DNA of 63,276 nucleotides, counting the filler, from Lenisia limosa (lineage: Eukaryota; Protista; Breviatea), in the NCBI GenBank assembly GCA_001655205.1. It is 16 parts of 16 records of this genome, joined end to end, with 100 filler letters (N's around TTAATTAATTAA, not from the genome) between each part and the next. Parts side by side here need not be neighbours in the genome. Positions count along the whole stretch, not along the records: positions 45,222 to 50,058 come from LPNZ01010677.1; positions 50,159 to 52,536 come from LPNZ01004796.1; positions 52,637 to 57,397 come from LPNZ01005620.1; positions 57,498 to 60,803 come from LPNZ01008964.1; 12 more parts are not named here. One strand, written 5' to 3'. Under the pieces are notes generated by a model, which worked only from the letters and a program-made list of their open reading frames with translations, was not told the DNA's origin and did no database searches. Made by a program: the position numbers and the translations under genes. Of this stretch, positions 46,621 to 57,660 are shown in pieces; position 1 is the first letter of the stretch; every line of letters starts with the position of its first letter.

Positions 46621-47265
46621 ATGAGGTCATCATGAAGCGTCATGCTCTGGATGAGTTTGGAACTCTATTGATGTTTAGGTCTGCATTTTATGGTTTTTTG
46701 TTTCTTGTATTATTTTGTGATTGGTGGAATGTATTAATTGTTTCTCTTTTTTGTTTGGTGAGGGTAAAATTATTTACATTGATTGTTTGTAGGCAAACTC
46801 CGATCTCACACATGTCCATCATGGAAAATGAATTGAATGAACATAAGAGATATTATTTCTAGTAAGCACGACTTTTATGTTTTATTTTTAGAGAAACGAA
46901 TATTAATAGTAGTGGGCGGGCGACTGAGAGAGAGGTGCATGCTCTCGAGTCACACCGGGTATGCTCATTGGTAAGCCAGCAAGCTGACACCTGACGAGCT
47001 CCACTACCATTCCAAAGAATGGCGTGACAAGGACCGGATCCGTGGATCCGGAATGCGCTTGTCACAGCGCATAGAACAGATACTACACTTGATCCTAGCG
47101 AATTTGCCGGGAAAAGATACTGAAACAACGAAATGACTGTTTTTAAAAAGAGGTTCTAGTGCCCAGGGTAAAATACAAAATTATTACTCTTTTTTTTTTA
47201 TTGTTTTTGGTCCCTTTTTATCGGGCGTTTTTCTTTCTTTTTTTTGTTTCATAGAGAGGAAAATA

Positions 47266-49805
47266 ATGAATAGGCTATCATATGAGCAGCGGAAGATCGC
47301 ACAGCAGTTTATTGAGGTCACTAAGGTTGGTGTGAGCCATCTCAGGTCGTCTTCTTACCCTTTAGTGCAAAGATAGTGTGGCAGTTGACCTTCTGAAAGC
47401 GGAAAGTTGGCAGATGGATCTTTCCCCCATTCTTTCAACGTATTGATCAATAGAGGGTGATCGTTGGAGGTGTTTCACCTCTCATAACTATTGGGATTAG
47501 AGGACACAATCTAAAAAAGGAGACTCTGGATTGTTAATAATAAGCATTCAATAGTTTCTAGCTTTCTAAATGTGACAAGGAGGGTGTGAATCACCTTCTT
47601 GTTTTTTTGTTACAACTCAATAACTCATCCCAACAGGGTTCAACCTTGATACGGCTCTCAACAAATTCTTCATGAGCCCAAACAAAAAGGTTTGTGTATT
47701 GTGTTTGCAAGGACATGATCATCTAACCAATATGTTGTCCTAGTGATATGGACATATATCCAGCATGATCATGTTACTGTGTGCAAAATGATCTGTAGGA
47801 GTAGCAGTATGGTAGATCAGGGCCTTCCTTCTAGTCAATTAAACCTGCTGAATTCTTGATTAACCCTCAATGAATCTTGATATTTTTCCGGTTCTGTGGA
47901 CCAAAAGAAAGGCCTAATAGTGGGTAACCATAAATCGAATAATCTGAAACACCAAACAAACAAAAAAGCAAGAACGCAGTCAAAACATGGGTTTATTTCC
48001 CATGGGCGTGATGGTGTGGACGGTTTTGGCCGATACAAACTTATTTATATATTTCTCATTGCTATGTAATATAAAAACGTGATCCCGTATAGGCTTCGAG
48101 CACCATCGACTATGGCAAGATCCTATCCTGCTTTGAAGTGTTGAAAGGTGGCTGTGGCATCAACACCCGTGTTTCATACTTACAACATTGCACCCTTTTC
48201 AGTGGATGCGGTGATACAGACAGTAGCTCGCCGAGGGGCTTTGTTTCATAATTTCTACCCCCCCCCCCNNNNNNNNNNNNNNNNNNNNNNNNNNNNNNNN
48301 NNNNNNNNNNNNNNNNNNNNNNNNNNNNNNNNNNNNNNNNNNNNNNNNNNNNNNNNNNNNNNNNNNNNNNNNNNNNNNNNNNNNNNNNNNNNNNNNNNNN
48401 NNNNNNNNNNNNNNNNNNNNNNNNNNNNNACCTTTGCACCAATATTTTTCATCGAAATTTCCTTCGTTTTACTCCCCCTCTCCCTCCCACAGACTTTATG
48501 CCATCACCCCCTCTAATGATTCCAATAACCCTCACTCGCAGATGTGAATGGCGACTATATCAATATAAATGGCGTCGAGGACTTCTGCAACCGTCTTGGT
48601 GTATCGCCGTTCGACGTGGGGGGAAAATGGTCGTGTCTTTGTGCAGTCTTCGGGATAACCAAGAAAGCACCATGACAGCATGCACTTCAGTAGATCTGTT
48701 TTTGCTCCAGAATTGTAAAACTTATGATGGATATGCACCTGAATATCTTTGTCCTTCCCTTGCAACAATAATTGTTCCCTCCTTCGTGCATGGCAATTGA
48801 TTGGGTTGTTATTTTTTCACGGGATAGAGTGGACAGCTTCCTTCTTTATCATATCTTGCTTCCCCATCTGTCTGCGTCCCTAATAACATGTTAAGGAGAT
48901 CATGCTGATTATCTGCTTCAACTTCAAGGCGAAGAGGCATTGCTACTTCACAAAAGACGAATTTGTGTCGGGTATGGTCCGAATCGGGTATGAGGATTAG
49001 AGCGGTTCTGTTTTTTTGTTTGACAAAGCAAGTTCAGCTGGTTGTTTTTAGCCCCTCACATCTGAATATTTGGGGGAAGTAGTTGCTGATACGGAAAACG
49101 GCCATCTACAAAGATATTTAATCTGCAATTAGGGCTTCACTTCGGTTCGAAAAAGACCGGTAAAATATCGATAGTTTTGGAGGATTTTCGAGAAATTCAG
49201 TTTTTTTTTCGAGCCGAAGTGAAGCCCTGTCTGCAATACATTACAATTTTTTTTCATAAATCGTTGCATGAAACGCATCACAAGCAAGTTTTAACCCAAA
49301 TCAAGTTTTGCATGTATCCATGACCGCCTTTATAGTTGCGAGACTTTTGATGATTTGAAAGCCAAATTTGCTTCGCTGCGTGGGGACCTCCAAAATGATG
49401 CTGTTTTTAAGGTGAGGGGGGCTTTTTCACTTATCTGATCGTGGCAAGTTTATCGACATATATGTATCCATCTTTCCCTTCAATAAAATCGATCCCTGTC
49501 AGTGGATCCAATTAGCGTCTTAACTAGGGGTGTTTTCTCCAACACTTCAGCATCGATTCAAAAGACCTCTCTCGCTATTTTCCCATACTTTTGTTTGTTT
49601 TGGCTTTCGAGTTTTCCACGTTTTTCAAAGATTTGTCGGGAAACTAATATTCTTGAAACTCGTCACATCCGAGACACTGAATTAGTAAACTAGCTTGCTG
49701 TCCTTCCCCCTTCAATCGCCTTGAACCAACGACTCACATTCACTACGCAGGACTACTACAAGTTTGCCTTCGTGTACACTTTGAATGAAGAGGGCAAAAC
49801 ACTGC
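47266..49805 (+). CDS. DCN1: DCN1-like cullin neddylation factor (UBA-like plus PONY domain), 3' end missing
   Basis: MNRLSYEQRKIAQQFIEVTK; FNLDTALNKFF; INGVEDFCNRLGVSP; IMLIICFNFKAKRHCYFTKDEFVSGM..IG-CETFDDLKAK; DYYKFAFVY match DCUN1D1. Confidence 0.92.
48005..48066 (+). repeat. Family C copy in a DCN1 intron
   Basis: GCGTGATGGTGTGGACGGTTTTGGCCGATACAAAC...TTTCTCATTGCTATG. Confidence 0.85.
49130..49229. mobile_element. hAT-type MITE family A reference copy with 8-bp TSD TCTGCAAT
   Basis: TSD at 49122-49129 and 49230-49237; TIR TAGGGCTTCACTTCGG / CCGAAGTGAAGCCCTG. Confidence 0.95.
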
Positions 49806-50158
49806 GTGGGGGGGGGGGTGATTTATGTGGTAACTCCTTTGCTTCAAAATGACAGTGTTTTAATGACGTATTTGCTACTATGATAGAATGTGCGTGGTTT
49901 CGATATAGCATATATTGTGCGTGGTTTCGATATAGCATACAGTATATTGTAAGCGGAATCATAATGATGGTGTAGGTGCAGCAGGTGGATTAGACTGGAC
50001 TTCTTGAACTACTTTATCATATTCCTGATTTACAACCATTTGATGGAAACAGGCGGTGNNNNNNNNNNNNNNNNNNNNNNNNNNNNNNNNNNNNNNNNNN
50101 NNTTAATTAATTAANNNNNNNNNNNNNNNNNNNNNNNNNNNNNNNNNNNNNNNNNNNN

Positions 50159-50878
50159 ACCCCTTCAGCCCGGCAAACATTTGCAGGATGAGGAGCGAGG
50201 GTCTTGAGATGAATACCCTTCTTGGCGCTGAAAAGAGAGACTTTGTTAGAGGCCACAGCAACAGTCTCTTGGTCCTTAGACACAGTGATCGCATGATAGG
50301 CAGTCACATCATGATGGTTCCTAAAAGAACAGGTTAGCTTTTGGTGACAATAATGGGGGTTTCTTTTTAGCTAAAGAATGAAAAAGGTCGCCAAGAAGCC
50401 AGCAGAGAGCCCCTTACCAGAGGGTCTGCTGTTTGGTAATGTCCCAGCATGCAACAGAGCCGTCTTTGCTGCAGGAAACAAGTCGATTTTCGTTAACAAA
50501 CGCAACATCAGAGACGTAGTCGCTATGGGCACGTCTATCGGCGTTCAAACGCACAAGAATCTCCGAAGTCCTGGTATCCCAAATTGTAATGTCACCATTA
50601 AGTCCACCAAGAGCAACTAGAAGGCCTTCGGCGCTGGAATAAGTCTAGAAAGAGATTATTATTTGGTGAAAGTAAAAACAACAGCCTACAGCTCCGACTT
50701 CGCCCCAAGCCATGCTGGTATAGCGAGCGTTAACATGTTTAGGGTCATGGAGCTGGAACTTAAGGTCACCAGTGGAAGTATCCCAGATTCTCAAGCGACC
50801 ATCATGGCCGACAACAGCGTAGAAGTCGCACTTAGGCGAGTGTTGGCGTAGATTGGATGTATGTGAACGGTCCTTCAT
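50159..50878 (-). CDS. WDR43: WD repeat protein 43 / UTP5 (SSU processome t-UTP), 5' part
   Basis: SPKCDFYAVVGHDGRLRIWDTSTG...YTSMAWG / LLVALGGLNGDITIWD...LVSCSKDGSVACWD matches the WDR43 N-terminal propeller. Confidence 0.8.
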
Positions 50879-51201
50879 CCTCAAAAGTCCAAAAAAAAAG
50901 AACAGGAAAATTTTATATAAATAGTCGTGGATGGACGGAATTTTAATATTTATCTACCTATTCATCATCTTATTCACAGCTCTATTTCCCCTGACTCTTC
51001 TTGTTCAACCTCCGCGCAACTTCCCCAGGTCTGTTCCCGTCGTAAGAGCACCGTAAGTTGATCATTTCATTGGCCGTTTCCTCCATTTTATTTGTTTTGT
51101 TTTCAATACCTTTCCTTCTTTAACAGCATCTTTATGTGTACTTCAGTATCTATACATATCATAGTAATAGAAACAGCTACCTCCCCGTTTTAACCTCCAA
51201 G

Positions 51202-52536
51202 ATGATGCGGTCCGCTGTGTCCAAAGTGGCTGTCATTAGCGAGGTGTCAAATTTGGTGGGTCTGGGTGCCAGAACAATTGTGCTCAACATGAGCAACAAT
51301 GGTGTTTCAATCGCGTCAGTACTTATTGCGGTCAGTGAAAAATCTATATCTGTATATAGATAGAGTAGAGTGAAAAATCTACATTCCGCCACCCCTGGGG
51401 TGATGGAATGTAGTGCTGCAAAAGTTGTGTTTCATACCATTTTTCATTTGGTCCTTTTTTCGTTTCCTAAATTTTCCAATTGTACTCCTCCGCCCTCATC
51501 TTCATGTCCTTATGATAAAGGCAAATATCCTGAAAGCGTCTGCTGAGAGAAGGGGGCTGAAAATAAGGTGTGTTGGTTGAATTTGGGACTTCTTACAATT
51601 ATTTAAGATTTGAATTTGTCAGTGACATATTTTATTACCTGAAAATTGCCTATATGATATGCTATCTGCTACTATCGCAAGTGCTATTTCAGGGGGTCTA
51701 AGTGCTGTTCTATTGAGGCAATAACAAGAAGTGAAATGCTCTCATAATTTGTCGACTTTTTGCAGTAAAGTCTCTTTTGAAAAATCTTCGAAAACTATCG
51801 ATAATTTACAAGGCTTTTTCGAACCGAAGTGAAGCCCTAATCGTTATCAATTAGTTTCTTGCTGTTTTCACACTGCGTAGCTTCGAGAATATTCCACGTG
51901 ATGCCTTCTACCCCCAAAACACTGTAGGCGGTGGTTGTTGCTTGGGCTTCACTTCGGTCCGAGAAAACTGAACTTCTCGGATAATAATCGAAACTCTCGA
52001 TGTTCTGTTTCGGAACCACTAAAATCCCTAGTTTTGACAACATGATTATTTTAGTAGCTACTTTGGTCATAAAATTTTTCTATAAACGCCTCATTTTTTT
52101 ACCTTTGTAGCTCTCTGTTGCATGCGGATATGACGCCGTTGTGGCGGACCCAGACATTGTGGCTCCGGTCCTGTCATCCCTGCCCGAAACTATCCAATTC
52201 GTTCAGTCGACCTGGGCAGGCGTAGATAATGTTGGCTTGTGTTACTCAGGGCTCTGGGAAATTAATTTAATTTGTAGAGAGGGCCTTACTGTAATGATAA
52301 CTACATTTCAAATTATGTCTGTTAATTCCCTCAAAGTGGAGTCTTTGTTCGTTTTGTTGCACTTATATTCATAGCTTTTAAAAAAGACTGAATTTCTCGA
52401 TAACTCCTCGAAAACTATCGATATTTTCCAAAGCCTTATTAATAACACCAATACACCCTGTTTAATCATACTCTTTCCCCCCGCAGATAGCGAAGCATGT
52501 TACATCGCCGCCCTCTACGCCGTTCTACCGTATGAC
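51202..52536 (+). CDS. D-isomer-specific 2-hydroxyacid dehydrogenase, N-terminal part
   Basis: Five exons give KVAVISEVSNL-ANILKAS...GYDAVVADPDIVAPVLSSLPETIQFVQSTWAGVDN-IAKH; QSTWAGVD is the family motif. Confidence 0.85.
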
Positions 52537-52636
52537 NNNNNNNNNNNNNNNNNNNNNNNNNNNNNNNNNNNNNNNNNNNNTTAATTAATTAANNNNNNNN
52601 NNNNNNNNNNNNNNNNNNNNNNNNNNNNNNNNNNNN

Positions 52637-55600
52637 ACGGATCCTGGGACAGCATGCTGGACTATTGTGAATGTGGGCGGGGGCTAATCTTACTTCAATA
52701 TTGATGGGCGCGGAGGGATGGTAATTTGTTTATGGTATCCCCATGGTATTTTTTGTTTTCCTAGATGCCTAATGTATATTATTTCTCTTGTTAAATAAAA
52801 ATTTATTTCTGTAGTACAAACGTGTGCCGCCATTGTACCCCACAGCCATGGTACTATCAATTGTACCGTTGAGGTAAGCCATCTTATCACCACCAGCTCC
52901 TTCCCTTAAAGCAGGGTGCCAACCAAGAAAAAACTTTCACGGATATCCGAACAAAAAGTTTCGGTGACGTCATTTTTTACTACTTTTTTCAAGAATTTAA
53001 CGAAGATTTTGCTCAGTTTGATGGTCACAACATTTGCTCCCTTGCTTCCAAAACAACTGCTTTTATAACAGTAACTACAAATCACGCAGGTAACGCACTG
53101 TTTTAGTATAATTGTGGTTTATCCGAGCCAGTTTCTGGCTTGGCGCCCTGCTTTAACGCCAAATCCTCTCCCTCTTTGAGTTACATATCGTTATCCAATT
53201 GTTCGCCTCTCTGCTCTCTTCCTTATCACCATCCCCCCCTTTTTTTTGGAGTGATGGGATGCGGTACTACAGAAGCGACTGGCTTTGCCTTTTTTTGTTG
53301 CTATCAACCCTTGTGTGTTGTCAGCTAAAAGAGTTGATGTTGTTGGGGTTGTCAGCTAAAAGAGTTGATGTTGGGGTTGTCAGCTAAAAGAGTTGATGTT
53401 GTTAGGGTTGTCAGTTAAAAGAGTTGATGTTGTTGGGGTTGTCAGCTAAAAGAGTTGATGTTGNNNNNNNNNNNNNNNNNNNNNNNNNNNNNNNNNNNNN
53501 NNNNNNNNNNNNNNNNNNNNNNNNNNNNNNNNNNNNNNNNNNNNNNNNNNNNNNNNNNNNNNNNNNNNNNNNNNNNNNNNNNNNNNNNNNNNNNNNNNNN
53601 NNNNNNNNNNNNNNNNNNNNNNNNNNNNNNNNNNNNNNNNNNNTCACATCCGAGCACTACCGACACTTTCGGATGTCCGGGCGGCGTGTGGGGAACTCAG
53701 TCATGTCTTCGTTGGAGGGGGAGGGGAACTGTCATGTCGATGGGGTAAAATTATTTTGAGCAAGAAAATTGTGTATGTATGTAATACATATATACTATAT
53801 ATATCATATTTGTGTGTGGAGAAAGAGGGGTTAAACATAAGTAAGAAAATACAGTTACCGGGAGAAGTCTTGACAGATTTGCTTGACAGATTTTCTATTT
53901 CCCAAGGAAAATCAAGACTTATCCCGATCTGTATTTGGTGTGAGGCAAGAAAATATATCATATTTAATAAGTCTTTATTTGGTGTGTGTGTGGAGAGAAG
54001 GGGAAGTGTGATTGGACTTAAGTGGGATACTGTATGTCTTAGTGGTATGCTAACCCATATCCACTAGTGGTATGATATTATAGTACAATATTAATATCAT
54101 ATCTACAACCGTATGTATTTATTTGTTTCCGTAGAATTCCATATCGATATGATATCTATCTATCTATATTATTTCTCTTGTTCAAAAACCCCCAAAAGGT
54201 ATCCCCATGTATTTATTTGTTTCCCTAGATTTCTAAAGTGTATTCTTTCCGCTGAGTATTTGACCCTTGTAGCCAATTCTTGCCCCTTTCTTACCCTTGA
54301 AAACGGATCGCTCCAGAACTGCGATAATGTGAGGGGGGGGGGTGTTGAAAGAAGGATGGGAATAGGNNNNNNNNNNNNNNNNNNNNNNNNNNNNNNNNNN
54401 NNNNNNNNNNNNNNNNNNNNNNNNNNNNNNNNNNNNNNNNNNNNNNNNNNNNNNNNNNNNNNNNNNNNNNNNNNNNNNNNNNNNNNNNNNNNNNNNNNNN
54501 NNNNNNNNNNNTGAGCCCAATGTCCTCAAGACCAACTGCTCCCAGGGACCCTGGGCCGTGGTCCCCGCTTGCACCCGTGGGTTACCCGGGGCTGTGAGCA
54601 TTTTACTGATTCATGTAAAACTATCGATATTTTCCCAGTTTTTTTTCGAACCGAAGTGAAGTCCCGCTCGTCTCAAAATTTGACATTGTAGCGTTGCCTT
54701 GCCCCAGCCTTCCCACAATTGAACTCGCAACCCTCATAGACTGCCGAAATGTGGGGACGAGTTGAAGGATTATTTGGTGCTTATTTGTATTGTTAATAGT
54801 AAAAAGTAATATTTGGAACTCTGTACACTCGGGTCAACTAGGGTTCCTTGCAATTAATTATTTGAGAATATTAATTGACAAAATTAGAAATTAAAGTGGC
54901 TGGAATAGGGTTCTCGTTACAATGTACCCGACTTCAAATTGTGCAATTAATGGCACGGAGCACTTGGGTCAACAAATATAATATGAATTAACCCCCCCCC
55001 CCCCNNNNNNNNNNNNNNNNNNNNNNNNNNNNNNNNNNNNNNNNNNNNNNNNNNNNNNNNNNNNNNNNNNNNNNNNNNCATGGGTCACGTGGCAATATCA
55101 CGTGCGGTGCTGGAGACGCGTGGGATTCTGTCGTCTGTCTTGGTGGGGGGTATAGCGTCTTGGTGTATAAACAAGGATTGTTTTTTGTTACATAGTGGTG
55201 TACATTTACCAAATCACTGGCTCTGTTTGTGGCTTTCAAACCCTTCAGTTGCTAAAATCCTGTGTTTATTCTATATCGCCTCCCCTACCCTCCCTCCAAT
55301 ATTCCCATCGAAATTGCTGTTGTCTGCAGAAGTGACTGGCCTGGACTTTATTATTTTTGTCAGCCAACAGAGTTGATTTTGGGCTTTTGTTTGTTTCATA
55401 AATTCCCATTTTATTCCCCTCGACTTGTCTCATCTTTCTCTACTCCAACCTCTATTTACTCTCCCCTCTCTCCCTTTATGGGCCCTTTTTCCGTAACCTT
55501 CAGGTCTGTTAAATTTCACTGGTATAATAATTTACTCAAATTATTACTTGTCTGGACTAGGGAACGAGTCCCTCTCAAGGTTTGTGGATTAACGAGTTTC

Positions 55601-57017
55601 GTTTATCCAATTCCCCCGAGGCGCCCAAGCGAATCTAAATCCTGTATGAGGGAGGTGGGTGGGTGAAATTCTCCTTTGTTTGAGAAGGAGAGGATTATTA
55701 GGATGTATTTTTGACGTTTATAGGAAATGAACTGAAATGAACTGCACTTGAGCTAAATGCGTGAATTGATTGCTCCTTGAGTGCTTATACCCCGTTCCCA
55801 ACTAATATGGTTTGTGATTATTAGATGTTCATTTCCTCCCAGAGGTTTCCTCTCCTTGTTAATTCACATTCTTTAGGTGTTTGTCAAGTGACTTCTCCTG
55901 TTCATTCATTGGTTCATCTGTCTTCCTTTATCGCAACTCCTTCTTCACCCTCTTTCCATTCTTCCCCAAGTCAGGGATAAAACTCATTTAAGCCCCTTTT
56001 TGGGCGGAAATCTCACTTTACCCCCCTCCCAGTCAAGAACTGTACCGATGTGGTGCACCCGCAGAACGGCACCCTTGTTGCCTGCGATAATGTAGGCTAA
56101 GAGGGGCGATATGGGTGAGGCTCATTACACATGTCTGCTCTGCCCTCTCTGTCGTCTTTCTTTTTTCTTTCTTTCTTTTCTTCTTTCCTACCCCCAACCC
56201 TCTCCAGCTCTTAGCTGCTTAGTTTATGTTATTGTTTTTGCCTTTGATTTTTTTGTAAACAATGTTAATATTGGGTTTTTATTTCATATATTTTCCATTT
56301 ACTTCCCCCTCCAGCTAAGTGTCCTTGAAACCTGTACAGTGCAGNNNNNNNNNNAGGGGCTTTTACTTCTACATTGTAAAGTTATCATATAATACATAAT
56401 ATATTTTATACTACATGTGATAGCATAAAGCTATGATATATATTTATACTCTTATTCTGATAATTTCATATCATATAATATGAGTCAACTTCAAGCATAT
56501 ATTTTCCATTTACTTCCCCCTCCAGCTAAGTGTCCTTGAAACCTGTACAGTGCAGTGCGATGTGGGCTTCCATGCTGAGGGTGCTAATACCACCGTAACG
56601 TGCGACAACCAAATGTGGAGCCATATCAGCTGCATTCGTGGGGGTGGTTGCTTTGGGTTTACTACTTGTTTGTCTTTATATTGTTGTAATTAGGGCTTCC
56701 CTACGGTCCGAAAAAGACCGGTCAAATACGATATTATCGAGGATTTATGGAGAAATTCAGTGTTTTTGGTACCGCAGGGAATCCCTAGTTGTAATACTAA
56801 AAGTTTTTGGTGAATTTTATAAGGAAAAAAGATGATAATGAATACCCTCAATGGTCTGGCTCTAATGATTAAGGGACTTTCTTGTAATAATAATACCGAT
56901 TATTTCATTCTTCTTCGTAATAAATTCTTTTCTATCATAACATGGGTTGTACTAACCGGCATAGCCGATCTTTGCCCCGAAATTAATGTTGAAAACGGCC
57001 TTGTCAACTGCTCCAAG
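52637..57017 (+). CDS. Sushi/CCP (SCR)-like repeat protein, probably cell-surface; partial
   Basis: CTVQCDVGFHAEGANTTVTCDNQMWSHISC; CPEINVENGLVNC; NCTDVVHPQNGTLVAC; GNITCGAGDAWDSVVC; GSWDSMLDYC. Confidence 0.7.
53248..53463 (+). repeat. Family D copy whose 3' part is amplified into a 28-31 bp minisatellite
   Basis: GTTGTCAGCTAAAAGAGTTGATGTTGTTGGG units from 53317, five before the gap. Confidence 0.9.
53852..53931. mobile_element. Tc1/mariner-type MITE family B (degenerate)
   Basis: TA|CAGTTACCGGGAGAAGTCTTGA...TCAAGACTTATCCCGATCTG|TA. Confidence 0.75.
56691..56787. mobile_element. hAT-type MITE A (CCCTACGG subfamily) with TSD GTTGTAAT
   Basis: TSD at 56683-56690 and 56788-56795. Confidence 0.93.
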
Positions 57018-57175
57018 GTGGGAAGGGGCATTTCTATGGTTTTATTGTTCTTTCTTCTTTTTCTTTTCCTTTTCTTTTTCTTTTTCTTTTTTCTCTTCAT
57101 TATCTTTTGACAGGGATAAGATTGAAGTGGCCATGTCATACCCCTCTCACCATCATTATCTTCCCATCTTATATC

Positions 57176-57279
57176 TAGGGCTTCACTTCGGTTGGAAAAA
57201 AGACTGAATTTCTCGATAAATCCTCGAAAACTATCGATATGTTCCCGGGGTTTTTTTTTGGAACCGAAGTGAAGCCCTA
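57176..57279. mobile_element. hAT-type MITE A with TSD CTTATATC
   Basis: TSD at 57168-57175 and 57280-57287. Confidence 0.95.
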
Positions 57280-57660
57280 CTTATATCCCCTCCACTCCTA
57301 CAGAGATGTGTTTTTTTTATCTTCACGCACCACGCTGGAGTGATGGGATGTGGGTGTGCAGAAGCGACTTTGTTGTTGTTATCAACCTTTGTGTGTTNNN
57401 NNNNNNNNNNNNNNNNNNNNNNNNNNNNNNNNNNNNNNNNNTTAATTAATTAANNNNNNNNNNNNNNNNNNNNNNNNNNNNNNNNNNNNNNNNNNNNCGC
57501 TTCTGCAGCACCGCATCCCATCAGGGATAAAACAAAGAGAGACACTCTACCGTTGTATAATCTTTAGGATTTGAATGTCCTCGAAATCTGTCGATATTTT
57601 ATCAGTATTTTTCAGACTGGAGGAAGCCCTATTCCCAGCCCTTCATCCCTTCAGTCCCAC

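Noticed and set aside
46859-47128. GC-rich exon-like block between APTX and DCN1
   Set aside because: Plausible frames exist on both strands and no family is recognised, so strand and product cannot be called.
50378-50620. Plus-strand ORF MKKVAKKPAES...
   Set aside because: Antisense shadow of a WDR43 exon.
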